Program-made: the position numbers and the translations under genes
Notes under the pieces: model-generated
Database searches by the model: none
Seen by the model: the letters and a program-made list of their open reading frames with translations, nothing else
Told to the model about the DNA's origin: nothing
In this document: piece by piece, positions 38,168-47,265 of the stretch
Position numbering within the stretch: position 1 is the first letter of the stretch
Layout: the number at the start of each line of letters is the position of its first letter
DNA from: Candidatus Latescibacterota bacterium
Lineage (GTDB): Bacteria > Latescibacterota > UBA2968 > GCA-2709665
Direction: 5' to 3'
DNA length: 64,000 nt
Assembly: GCA_965198095.1 (NCBI GenBank)
Contig: OZ240239.1
Location: 118,641 to 182,640 of the forward strand

Positions 38168-38956
38168 TCATTCCGCCGTGGGCGGCGTGGGAAAGGGACG
38201 GCCGATCGGGTTGCCCGCAATCAACCCGCCGTCGACGCACAAGACGTGTCCGGTGATGTAGCTGGATTCGTCGGAGGCCAGGAACAGGACCGCATTCGCC
38301 ACTTCGCGGGGCAATCCCCATCGCCCCATCGGGACCAGGTAATTCCCCAGGGCATACTGGTCGCCCCCGACGCGCCAGGAGGTCATCTCGGTCTCGGTCA
38401 TTCCCGGCGCCACGGCGTTCACGCGTATGTTCCGGTCCGCCAGATCGATCGCCAGCGTACGGGTGAGCGCGACGGCGCCGCCCTTGCTCGCCATATACGG
38501 CTCGCGAAGGTGGGATGACTGGATGGCGCCGATCGAGGCGATGTTCACGATGTTGCCCTGCCCGCGCTCCAGGAAATGATCCAGCACGTAGCGGCAGGTG
38601 AACCAGACGCCGTTCAGGTTGACGCCGATCACCTTGTGCCAGTCTTCGTCCGTGAATTCGTTCGGAAATTTGTAGAGGTTGATCCCGGCGTTGTTGACCA
38701 CGATGTCGATCTGACCGAACGTCTCCAGCGTCTTCGCGATGGCAGCCTGCACCGCCTCCGACCGTGAGACATCCGTCTGGGTAACGAGCGCCCGACGTTT
38801 CAGCTCCCGGATCGACTCAGCCGTCTTGTGGGCCCCTTCCTGATCGATCTCGAAGATGGCGACGTCCGCCCCCTCTTCGGCGAATCGGATCGCAGTCGCC
38901 CGGCCGATCCCGCTCCCCGCGCCGGTCACGATGGCCACCTTCTCTTGCAGTCTCAC
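38168..38956 (-). CDS. SDR-family oxidoreductase
   Basis: 262 aa. VAIVTGAGSGIGRA, NNAG, YMASKGGA. 4-bp overlap with the upstream fumarylacetoacetate hydrolase gene. Confidence 0.85.
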   Translation of the reverse strand: MRLQEKVAIVTGAGSGIGRATAIRFAEEGADVAIFEIDQEGAHKTAESIRELKRRALVTQTDVSRSEAVQAAIAKTLETFGQIDIVVNNAGINLYKFPNEFTDEDWHKVIGVNLNGVWFTCRYVLDHFLERGQGNIVNIASIGAIQSSHLREPYMASKGGAVALTRTLAIDLADRNIRVNAVAPGMTETEMTSWRVGGDQYALGNYLVPMGRWGLPREVANAVLFLASDESSYITGHVLCVDGGLIAGNPIGRPFPTPPTAE

Positions 38957-39885
38957 GGGGACCGATGCCCCTTCCGCACGACGCGATTCCGAAGCACGCC
39001 GATCCGTTCGATCTCCAGCTCCACGACGTCCCCCGGCTGCAGCCAGCGATCCAGCTCCAGACCGCAGCCGCCCCCCACGGTGCCGCTCCCGAAAAGCTCC
39101 CCGGGATGGATCGTCTCCCCCATCGAAACGTGGGCGACGAGCTGCCCGAATGTCCAGTAGGATGTACCGGAGCGGTTGTCCGACCAGGTCTCGCCGTTGA
39201 TCCTGGCCGTCATGCGCAGGTCGTAGGGATCCACCTCGTCAGCCGTCACGATGCACGGTCCGATCGACGTCGCGAAGTCCTTCCCTTTGGCCGGCCCGAG
39301 CTTGCACGCCATCTCCCTGCGCTGAATGTCCCGCGCGCTCCAGTCGTTCAACACGGTGTAGCCGAAGATGTGATCCTCGCCCCGCTCCGCCGGGATATCC
39401 CGACCTCCCTTTCCGATGATGATCCCCATCTCCAGCTCGTAGTCCAGCTTCTCGGTGTAGGAGGGCCAAACCAGGTCTTCCTCCGGGCCGATCATCGCCA
39501 GTGCATTCCCCTTGTAATAGGTCGGCATCTCGCGCCAGATCTCGGGCAGCGGTTCCCCGCGAAGCTTCCAGGCGGTCCGCACGTGCTGTTCGAAGATCCA
39601 GAAGTCACGGAACGATCTCGGCCGAGGAAGGGGCGGCAGTAGTTTCACTTCATCCGGTTCGTGCCAGTAGCACGGGTCGTTGTTCGCCAGGGCAGAGTCG
39701 AAGGCCGATCTGGCCGCATCGAGGCCGGCCTCTCCGGCGTCGATCAACGCCAGCATATCCTGGGCGAAGTCTCCCCGGCCCGCATCAGACGCCGCCGCGG
39801 CTGCCAGGTCGAGCACCCGCCCGGCATCGTCCAGCGCCCCCAGGCAAGTCCGGGACGCGCCATCTGTGAAGGTCACGAGCTTCAC
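38953..39885 (-). CDS. fumarylacetoacetate hydrolase (FAH) family protein
   Basis: 310 aa. FAH-fold metal/catalytic region (DYELEMGIIIG, ..VLNDWSARDIQ..). Confidence 0.75.
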   Translation of the reverse strand: MKLVTFTDGASRTCLGALDDAGRVLDLAAAAASDAGRGDFAQDMLALIDAGEAGLDAARSAFDSALANNDPCYWHEPDEVKLLPPLPRPRSFRDFWIFEQHVRTAWKLRGEPLPEIWREMPTYYKGNALAMIGPEEDLVWPSYTEKLDYELEMGIIIGKGGRDIPAERGEDHIFGYTVLNDWSARDIQRREMACKLGPAKGKDFATSIGPCIVTADEVDPYDLRMTARINGETWSDNRSGTSYWTFGQLVAHVSMGETIHPGELFGSGTVGGGCGLELDRWLQPGDVVELEIERIGVLRNRVVRKGHRSP

Positions 39886-40886
39886 GTCCGATCCAACCCT
39901 CCGCCGGCCGTCTGCTTGAAGATCTTCAGAAGGGCCAGATCCCGCGCTTTGAGGATCTGCCGCGGTGTCTTGCCGTCGTAATCGTAAAAGCCTTTCCCGG
40001 TCTTGACCCCCATATGTCCCGCATCCACCAACCTCTGCATCGTGCTGTAGGCGGGCATAGCCGAAAGCCGTTTGGCCATCTCCTTCTGGATCGCCAGACT
40101 CACGTCCAGGCCGGTAAAGTCGTAACGTTGCGCCACCCCCACAACGACCATTCGTGGGGCCAGCGAGGCCTTCACCGCCTCATCCAGCTGTTCGGGCGTG
40201 GCCAATCCCCTGTCCAGAAGGTCGTTGACCTCCCGGCCGATCGCCACCTGAAGCCGGTTCACCAGGTAGCCCTGAATAAACCGATCGAGCACCACCGGCT
40301 TCTTGCCCAGGCGCGTCAGAAGTCGGGCGACACGGTCCGCCGTGTCGTCGGACGTCTCGGGGCCTTTGACCACGTCGACGAGCGGAATGATGTAGGGCGG
40401 CGCATACCAGTGCGCGATGCAGAACCGTTCGGGGTTGCGGATGCGTACGATCTCGAACAGGTTCAGGCTGGACGTGTTGGAAAGCAGAATCGTATCCGCC
40501 GGGCAGGCCTCGGCCAGGCGGACGAACAGATCCCGCTTGACTTCCGGGTCTTCAGGAACGGCCTCGAGCGCGAGGTCAACGTCACGGGCCGAAGCCTCCA
40601 GGTCTGTGCTCGTCCCGATGCGTTCGAGGATCGGATCGATCTCCGTGCGGTCCAGCGCCTCCGCTTCGGCCATCATCTCCAGATTGGACCGGATCTGCCT
40701 GAGCGCGCGCCCCAGGATCGACGCGCTCACGTCGACCAGCTGGACGTCGTACCCCCCCGAAGCAAACACCTGGGCCAGACCGTGGCCCATCGTTCCAGCC
40801 CCGACCACGAGCACCCTGTCGCGTTCGGAAGAGGCCACGCTACGCCTCGTCCACGATGGCCACGACTCTCGCGAGCGAACCGTCAC
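39882..40886 (-). CDS. 3-hydroxyacyl-CoA dehydrogenase family protein (NAD-binding)
   Basis: VLVVGAGTMGHGLAQV Rossmann motif. The annotated 5' end overlaps the cyclase gene by ~45 nt, so the true start is probably downstream (possibly GTG). Confidence 0.7.
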   Translation of the reverse strand: MTVRSRESWPSWTRRSVASSERDRVLVVGAGTMGHGLAQVFASGGYDVQLVDVSASILGRALRQIRSNLEMMAEAEALDRTEIDPILERIGTSTDLEASARDVDLALEAVPEDPEVKRDLFVRLAEACPADTILLSNTSSLNLFEIVRIRNPERFCIAHWYAPPYIIPLVDVVKGPETSDDTADRVARLLTRLGKKPVVLDRFIQGYLVNRLQVAIGREVNDLLDRGLATPEQLDEAVKASLAPRMVVVGVAQRYDFTGLDVSLAIQKEMAKRLSAMPAYSTMQRLVDAGHMGVKTGKGFYDYDGKTPRQILKARDLALLKIFKQTAGGGLDRT

Positions 40887-41604
40887 CCATCCAGTAACGG
40901 ATCGGAAAGGCGGCGATCGTGACCCGCATCCCGGTCACCTCGTCGATATCTCCGCCCACGTTCTCGATCAGGCCGATGCCGTTCATCAGCATCTTGTTGT
41001 GGGCATACTCCTGAGAAGGGTGCTCCGGCGGGTCGAACTGTTTCGGAAAATCGTCCAACAGCTCCCGTCCCGTCACTTTCTTGTACTTGTCATACACCCA
41101 CGGCGTGCGGTCCGGACCCTTCGTGCACAAGAAGATATCGTTCGCCTGCGTGTCGTGGCCGACACATTTGACACCCTTCTCGACGAACCAGTCCGCGGCC
41201 TCTTTCCACATCCCCGGAGAGAACTGAAAGTATTTCGTGTTGTTTCCCCAGTACTGGTGCCAGCCCGTGTTGATGATGACGATGTCGTCCTTCTGGATCT
41301 CCGGCCTGGCGTGCTCGAGATCCTCGGCCGTGATCAGTTCCCAATCGTTCTTTGGAATGCTCACCACGACGCCTGTCCCATAGTATGTATCCAGCGGAAC
41401 CTCGTCCATGTCGCACCCGTTCTCGTTCACGTGAATCGGAGCGTCCACGTGGGTGCCCACGTGCATGGAGTGTTTGATCATCGTCGTCGTCTGGCCGTTA
41501 TGCTGGGGCATGGAGATCCGCTCGATGATGAGGTCGGGGCTGCCCGGCCAGACCGGCATGCCAAAACCGAACGGGTGCGACAGGTCAACCAGTCGTCTCG
41601 GCAT
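40840..41604 (-). CDS. cyclase-family metal-dependent hydrolase (kynurenine formamidase-like, PF04199)
   Basis: 254 aa. Signature HVGTHVDAPIH plus DLSHPFGFGMPVWPG. Confidence 0.75.
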   Translation of the reverse strand: MPRRLVDLSHPFGFGMPVWPGSPDLIIERISMPQHNGQTTTMIKHSMHVGTHVDAPIHVNENGCDMDEVPLDTYYGTGVVVSIPKNDWELITAEDLEHARPEIQKDDIVIINTGWHQYWGNNTKYFQFSPGMWKEAADWFVEKGVKCVGHDTQANDIFLCTKGPDRTPWVYDKYKKVTGRELLDDFPKQFDPPEHPSQEYAHNKMLMNGIGLIENVGGDIDEVTGMRVTIAAFPIRYWMGDGSLARVVAIVDEA

Positions 41605-41654
41605 CTTGATACGCCCTCCTTGTCCTGAAAGTCCGTCCGCCCATCGCGCTGAGA

Positions 41655-41805
41655 CAAGCCCGGCAAATCCGGTAGGAGCCTTACCTTCGCCAGCAGGAGC
41701 TGGCTCCTACCTTATGAACGGCTTGTGAGTATTACCTGATTGCAAGCCCGGTGAATCCGGTAGGAGCCGCCTCCCGGCGGCGATCCATTCACGCCGATAC
41801 TCGCC
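41655..41805. repeat. REP-like hairpin repeats (1.3 units) on the 3' side of the RAYT pseudogene
   Basis: CCGGCAAATCCGGTAGGAGCC then a full unit CTTACCTTCGCCAGCAGGAGCTGGCTCCTACCTTATGAACGGC..CCGGTGAATCCGGTAGGAGCCGCCTCCCGGCGGCG. Confidence 0.65.
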
Positions 41806-41815
41806 TTGCTTGATC

Positions 41816-42323
41816 TTACCAATCCGGGAAAAGACACGAGAACGGCCAATCTTCTGGGGTTGCAACATATCTTTTTCTCACCGGATTTTCATGGATGTAT
41901 CCGATTTTCATGGATGTATCCGAGATGTCGAGCAAACGCCTCTTTGTTACGAAGCTTATGATCATAGAACCCGCGCTGCCAGAACCTTCCCGTCCTGCAT
42001 TGTAGTCTGTTGATTCCTCTAGCTGTATGGCTTCCGAATGAAGCCATCACGCTGGAAAGATCCTGATCCTCTCCCAAGGCCACGATCAAATGCAAGTGAT
42101 CAGGCATCAGGACGTATCCTTCACATCTGAGACGCTCATTTTCATGAAGCCAGCGCAAACACCGAACGATGAGCTCCGGCACTTCAGATTCCTCTTTCGG
42201 ATTCATTGGGTCGCGAACCAGTGGACCTGTAGTATCGTCCACGCACTTTGTTATGGAGTAGATGGATCCGGGCAAGGAATTACGCCATTTCCTCAGAGCC
42301 GATTGATGGAACCCTCTTTCCAT
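41816..42323 (-). pseudogene. REP-associated tyrosine transposase (RAYT; IS200-like Y1 HuH transposase) disrupted by a 19-bp tandem duplication
   Basis: The current ORF 41889..42323 encodes ..GYVLMPDHLHLIV.. (HuH) and ..RFWQRGFYDHKLRN..HLGYIHENRIHP, then stops. Removing one copy of the duplicated 19-mer (41881-41919, CCGGATTTTCATGGATGTAT / CCGATTTTCATGGATGTAT) restores ..YIHENPVRKRYVATPEDWPFSCLFPDW* and a 162-aa product ending at 41816. Confidence 0.7.
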
Positions 42324-42350
42324 TTTTTTACACGTATCAACCGACGGCCG

Positions 42351-42975
42351 AGCTTACCTTCGCCAGCAGGAGCTGGCTCCTACCTGATGAACGGCCTGTG
42401 AGTATTGCCTGATTGCAAGCCCGGTGAATCCGGTAGGAGCCGCCTCCCGGCGGCGAACACTTCACCTCGATCCTCGCCTTACCTTCGCCAGCAGGAGCTG
42501 GCTCCTACCTTTTGAACGGCTTGTGAGTATTGCCTGATTGCAAGCCCGGTAAATCCGGTAAGAGCCGCCTCCCGGCGGCGAACACTTCACCTCGATCCTC
42601 GCCTTACCTTCGCCAGCAGGAGCTGGCTCCTACCTCATGAACGGCTTGTGAGTATTACCTGATTTTTCAAACCCGGTAAATCCGGTAGGAGCCGCCTCCC
42701 GGCGGCGAACACTTCACCTTGATCCTCGCCTTACCTTCGCCAGCAGGAGCTGGCTCCTACCTCATGAACAGCTTGTGAGTATTACCTGATTTCAAACCCG
42801 GTAAATCCGGTAAGAGCCGCCTCCCGGCGGCGAACACTTCACCTCGATCCTCGCCTTACCTTCGCCAGCAGGAGCTGGCTCCTACCTCATGAACAGCTTG
42901 TGAGTATTACCTGATTGCAAGCCCGGTAAATCCGGTAGGAGCCGCCTCCCGGCGGCGAACACTTCACTTCGCAGA
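42351..42975. repeat. tandem array of five ~126-bp REP-like hairpin units on the 5' side of the RAYT pseudogene
   Basis: Five near-identical tandem units CTTACCTTCGCCAGCAGGAGCTGGCTCCTACCT[CT]ATGAAC[AG]GCTTGTGAGTATT[AG]CCTGATT..CCCGGTAAATCCGGTA[GA]GAGCCGCCTCCCGGCGGCGAACACTTCACCTCGATCCTCGC. Each contains the GGCTCCTACC/GGTAGGAGCC inverted repeat. No unique spacers. Confidence 0.75.
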
Positions 42976-43186
42976 AAGCAAGTATTGGGTGTGCCGTTTT
43001 GTCGTCAAAAGCCGATCGGAGACTAAGTTGTTGAATTTCACGCACCTGAAGCGAGTCTCGTCGCGGGTGTGGATCGATCTGCAAAAACCGGTCTGGGAAG
43101 ATAGGTAGGTAGGGCTTGAACGCTAAAACGTTCTTGGAGGAAGGAGACAGGATCGGTCGGCTGGCGCGCCCACTCTTGCCTCAAGG

Positions 43187-44212
43187 TCAACTCGTGTCGA
43201 TCCGCTCCGCCATCTCCGACATCGTCTGCGCATCCACGGACCGACGGTGCAGGATCGTCTCGAGATTGCCCATATGATCCGAGTGTTCGGGAACCGCCTC
43301 CAGCGCTTCACGAACCTCTTCCCAGGTACATCCGATCTGCCGGGGCTTGTAGCGGGTGCCGCAGGCCTTGAGCATCTCCACGGCCTTCTCGAAGTGCGTC
43401 TCGCAGAGATGACAGGTGATCAGCGTCCCAAGGGCGACGATCTCGCCGTGCAGCGGTTGCTGACCGTGCACCCAGTAAAAGGCGGGGTCCATGGGATGAT
43501 CGATGCTGTGATTCACGTTCTGCTTCATCACCGGGAGGTCCCACCGCTCCCGGCTGATCTCCGCGCAGGTCCGAATGGCCGGGGGTCCGGGCCTTCCCTC
43601 GACGTCCAGATCGGAGGCGTAGCGTTCCACGCGCTCCGATATCCAGGTCTCTATCTCTTCCTGTGCGGCCGTATTCCAAGAATCGCCCGGCAGTCCCTGA
43701 TCCGTCCACCACTTCCAGGCGGCCGCTGCGGCCAGGAAGCAGACGCACTCGCCCATGCCGGCCGCGTTGAGGTAGGGCGGCGCGGCCCAGATCACGTCGG
43801 TGTCCAACAGCACACACTCGGGCACCAGCGTATCTATAATCGCGAGCTTGCCGTCCCGCCGAAGCGGATATGTCAGCTGAAAAATGGCACCGGTCGACAC
43901 GACGGTCGGGATCTGGATGAGCCTGGCCTTCTTCTTCAGGGCGACGTATTTGGCGGCGTCCAGGGCCCTCCCGCCTCCAATTCCGAGGACGTGGGACGTC
44001 TTCGGAAGTTTCTTCACGAGGTCGTTGGAATAGCCTTCCTCCTGGCTGGTCACATATGCCAGGCCCTTGGGCTCGCCCGGCAGCTTTTCCCGAACTGCCT
44101 CCCAGGCCGAGGGCGAGGTCAAAACGACATAACCCTTGAGATCCCGGCATCCGTCCTCGATCACGCGCGTTCCGTAATGGGTAACCCAATCTTTCAATGG
44201 TTTCGTGGCCAT
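43187..44212 (-). CDS. iron-containing alcohol dehydrogenase / dehydroquinate-synthase-like superfamily protein
   Basis: 341 aa. Glycine-rich NAD motif GIGGGRALDAAKYVA. His-rich C-terminal metal region. Confidence 0.55.
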   Translation of the reverse strand: MATKPLKDWVTHYGTRVIEDGCRDLKGYVVLTSPSAWEAVREKLPGEPKGLAYVTSQEEGYSNDLVKKLPKTSHVLGIGGGRALDAAKYVALKKKARLIQIPTVVSTGAIFQLTYPLRRDGKLAIIDTLVPECVLLDTDVIWAAPPYLNAAGMGECVCFLAAAAAWKWWTDQGLPGDSWNTAAQEEIETWISERVERYASDLDVEGRPGPPAIRTCAEISRERWDLPVMKQNVNHSIDHPMDPAFYWVHGQQPLHGEIVALGTLITCHLCETHFEKAVEMLKACGTRYKPRQIGCTWEEVREALEAVPEHSDHMGNLETILHRRSVDAQTMSEMAERIDTS

Positions 44213-44408
44213 TTATGGCTCCAGTATCGAACGAAATGCGTGATTCCAGACCGGCAGGACAGCCGTAACGGAATGTTAATGCTATAGGATAGCGAATTCG
44301 CACAAAATCTCCAAGCCTTTTCGAGCCTTTGCCGGGGTCCAAACGAGCCGACTTCCGGAATGCCACCGGGAGGATCTGCGACCTTGGGTCCGCACGTTTT
44401 GGCTGACC

Positions 44409-46340
44409 CTACGAAGCACTCACCCACGTCAGAAAGGGTGAGGCGCCGCGATTTCCCCACGCATAGAAAGGGATCGCCGTCACCGGCGCGGCGGTCCCAC
44501 CCTCCCCGCGAAGGACAACGGTCTGGCCCAGGAGGCCTTCCTCCAGGTCGGTTTCGAACCCGGGCAGTTCCCCCACAGGCGCGTAGAGCCCCTCCCCTTG
44601 TCTTGAACGCGCCCCTGTCCCAACACAGATCTCCCACAGGTCGAGACCGGGATTGTCCGCCCCTTCGAAGCAGTAGACGAGGGGCCCCCGCATCAAGGCC
44701 AGTCTGCGTCGCAGGACCTTCACTCGGGGATCCGCCTGTACGCCGACGACCGGCATCGGCAGGTCCAGAATCACGCGGTCTCCCGGGCTCCACTCTCTGT
44801 GGATTCGGCAGTAGGATCCAGGTTCGACCCCACTGACAGCTGTACCGTTGACTTCAACCTTTGGGTTCGAACACCAACCGGGGATGCGCAGGTTCAGATC
44901 GAAGCTCGCGGGTTTCTGGGAAGAAACCTCGAGCTCTACGAGGCCCTCCCACGGATACTGCGTCTTTTGCGAAAGGGCGATCTCCGTACCATCCGGCAGG
45001 TGCCAATCTACGCGGCTGTTGTCGTAGAGGTGGACCCAGAAGCCACTTTCGGACGTGCTATAGATATAGCCGGGAACCGACGCGATCGTACAAAGCACGT
45101 TCGGGGGACAACAGCTGGGCGACAGAGACGCCCAGGTCGTTCTCGGAGGATGATCCCCGAGTGAAGCCAGGGGCACGAGGTAGGAGAAAGTGGTGTGGTC
45201 CAGCGAGACACCCGCCAGGATCCCGTTGTAGAGAATCCGCTCGAAAAGATCGGCATACACCGCCTCACCCGTCACGGCGAGCATCCGCCAGTTCCAGTAG
45301 GCGTTGCCGATCGTCGCGCAGGTCTCCATCCCGGTCGACCCGGTCCAGCCCCATACCCCCTGGGACAGGTCGAAGGCCTCTTCAACTGCCACTTCGGCTT
45401 CCCCGCGTTTGACCGCGATCGATCCAACAATATGCATCTTCCTCTTGGTGACGTCGTTCCAGATCGCGTCCAGCTTGTCCAGGTAGGCCTTATTTCCGGT
45501 TTCCGCGAAGGAGTCCGCGCCGCCGCACATCAGATAGGTCTGGCGAACGAGGTGTGCGGAACGACGGACGCCTACATTCGACCCGATCGCGACGCTCGGA
45601 CCGATTACGGGCGGCTGTCTGAGCAGAGGCGTCAGGAAATGCTCGGCGCCGCGCAGGTAGCGTTCATCGCCGGTCGAACGATACAACTCTACGAGCGCCA
45701 TCTCTATGGCGGGGTGCCCCGCGAACTCCTCGCCTCCGAATTTCGCGCAGACCCGGTCCGCAACGCCCATCGCGCATTCCAGGAATTTATCTTCACCGGT
45801 CGCGCGATGGTGGGCGATGGCCGTCTGGATCAGGTGGCCCGGAGTTGCGAGCCCATACGAGAGCTCGAAATTCTCGCCATAATAGATGTTGAAAAAATCT
45901 TCATTCTGATGTGCCGCGACGAAACCGGCCGCAAGGTCGTTGACCAGACCGCGGATCTCATCATCCTCACCCGACTGAAGCACGAACGCGCACGCTTCCA
46001 GCCACTTCGTCGCGTTCGCGCGCCATGTGTAGGACAGTCCGAGTTTGTTCTGGCCTCTATAGTTCTTGTCCAGAATCTCGAGGGCGGCCCCAATTTCCGG
46101 ACCGTCCGTAGACTGGGAGAATGTCCGGAACGGGCTGATCTGATCGTCCCTGTCGAGCCAGGAGAGGAAGGCCGGAATGCCCGCCCTGCGGCTGGCCTCC
46201 ATTCGCGGCCGCCAGAATCCCGCCTCCATCGTAACGGCCTGAATCGGGACCGGTCTTAGAATGGCGTGGGGGCTCTGAACGGTGGAAACGACGCCCGCCT
46301 CGTTCCAAGCCGGGAGGGTCTTACCTTCCTTGGTACTCAC
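44409..46340 (-). CDS. glycoside hydrolase family 127 (beta-L-arabinofuranosidase, DUF1680) protein
   Basis: 643 aa. N-terminal ..PIQAVTMEAGFWRPR.. typical of GH127. Conserved Cys cluster including SCCPPN (Cys-Cys of the HypBA1 Zn site). Confidence 0.75.
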   Translation of the reverse strand: MSTKEGKTLPAWNEAGVVSTVQSPHAILRPVPIQAVTMEAGFWRPRMEASRRAGIPAFLSWLDRDDQISPFRTFSQSTDGPEIGAALEILDKNYRGQNKLGLSYTWRANATKWLEACAFVLQSGEDDEIRGLVNDLAAGFVAAHQNEDFFNIYYGENFELSYGLATPGHLIQTAIAHHRATGEDKFLECAMGVADRVCAKFGGEEFAGHPAIEMALVELYRSTGDERYLRGAEHFLTPLLRQPPVIGPSVAIGSNVGVRRSAHLVRQTYLMCGGADSFAETGNKAYLDKLDAIWNDVTKRKMHIVGSIAVKRGEAEVAVEEAFDLSQGVWGWTGSTGMETCATIGNAYWNWRMLAVTGEAVYADLFERILYNGILAGVSLDHTTFSYLVPLASLGDHPPRTTWASLSPSCCPPNVLCTIASVPGYIYSTSESGFWVHLYDNSRVDWHLPDGTEIALSQKTQYPWEGLVELEVSSQKPASFDLNLRIPGWCSNPKVEVNGTAVSGVEPGSYCRIHREWSPGDRVILDLPMPVVGVQADPRVKVLRRRLALMRGPLVYCFEGADNPGLDLWEICVGTGARSRQGEGLYAPVGELPGFETDLEEGLLGQTVVLRGEGGTAAPVTAIPFYAWGNRGASPFLTWVSAS

Positions 46341-46358
46341 TGGGTGACCTCCCCGACG

Positions 46359-47240
46359 TTATACCGGCATTGTGCGTTTGGTGTGGGCCCGCCCGATCTT
46401 GGCAGGCACTTCTCCCGCAGGCCCACAGGAGCCGATCATCAGGCCCTCGTCGATCATTTCAACCACGGTGTCCGGGAATACAAGATCGAGGAAAAAGACG
46501 TGCGCCTCCTGAAGGGCCGCCTTCACACGCTGGCGGGCCTGCGAGACCGCTTCGGGATAAGGAGGGTCGTGAGCGTCGGGATAACCGAACGACATCGCCA
46601 TGTCGCCGGCGCCCCACTCCCCACAGATGATGCCAGGCACCTTCGCAATCGACTCTGCGTTTTCCAGGGCACGTCTGTTTTCGATCTTGATTCCGAGCAT
46701 GATCTCGCCCACGGGATTCAGCGGCCAGACATCGGCCCGCTTCAAGTATTCCTGGACAGGAAGGCCCCACACTTCCGACGCGGATGCCTGCCCCTTATGA
46801 CCCCTGCGACCGGGATCCAGACCCTGTCCTACACCGAGCTGCTGGAAGGAGTAACGGCAGGATTCGACGAAGGCCTTGACGGCCTCCGGCGTTTCGGCAT
46901 GGGGCAGCGCGACGCCGTGGACCCCCTGCGCGAGGACCTGTTTGATCATCCAGGCGTTCGCCCGGACCACGGCTTCGCTCGTGCCGTCCGTCGGAATGGT
47001 CACGGACACGGCCGGCGTCCGGTGCCCGCTCCGGGTCGGACCGCCATCCACCAGGCCACGCATGAACTCGCCGATGGCGTGGACATCGAACGGATCGTGT
47101 TCCGTCTCGATCCTGATGTAGTCGGCCCACGTACCGGCCATCTCCCGGCCGGCTTCGTAAGAAACCTCCTGTGGATCGATATAGTAAATCGGCTGCCCCT
47201 GCTCGAGCAGTTCGATCGCCCTGTTGATCCGTTTCGGCAT
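46359..47240 (-). CDS. HpcH/HpaI-family aldolase (2-keto-3-deoxy acid aldolase-like)
   Basis: 293 aa. ..WADYIRIETEHDPFD.. matches the HpcH/HpaI DxxxxDxEH substrate/metal motif. Confidence 0.55.
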   Translation of the reverse strand: MPKRINRAIELLEQGQPIYYIDPQEVSYEAGREMAGTWADYIRIETEHDPFDVHAIGEFMRGLVDGGPTRSGHRTPAVSVTIPTDGTSEAVVRANAWMIKQVLAQGVHGVALPHAETPEAVKAFVESCRYSFQQLGVGQGLDPGRRGHKGQASASEVWGLPVQEYLKRADVWPLNPVGEIMLGIKIENRRALENAESIAKVPGIICGEWGAGDMAMSFGYPDAHDPPYPEAVSQARQRVKAALQEAHVFFLDLVFPDTVVEMIDEGLMIGSCGPAGEVPAKIGRAHTKRTMPV

Positions 47241-47265
47241 CTCTCACCTCCAAAAGATTCACGCT

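Noticed and set aside
42351-42975. CRISPR array hypothesis for the five ~126-bp tandem units
   Set aside because: The units are directly contiguous and near-identical along their full length, with no unique spacers. They belong to the same hairpin repeat family that flanks the RAYT gene.
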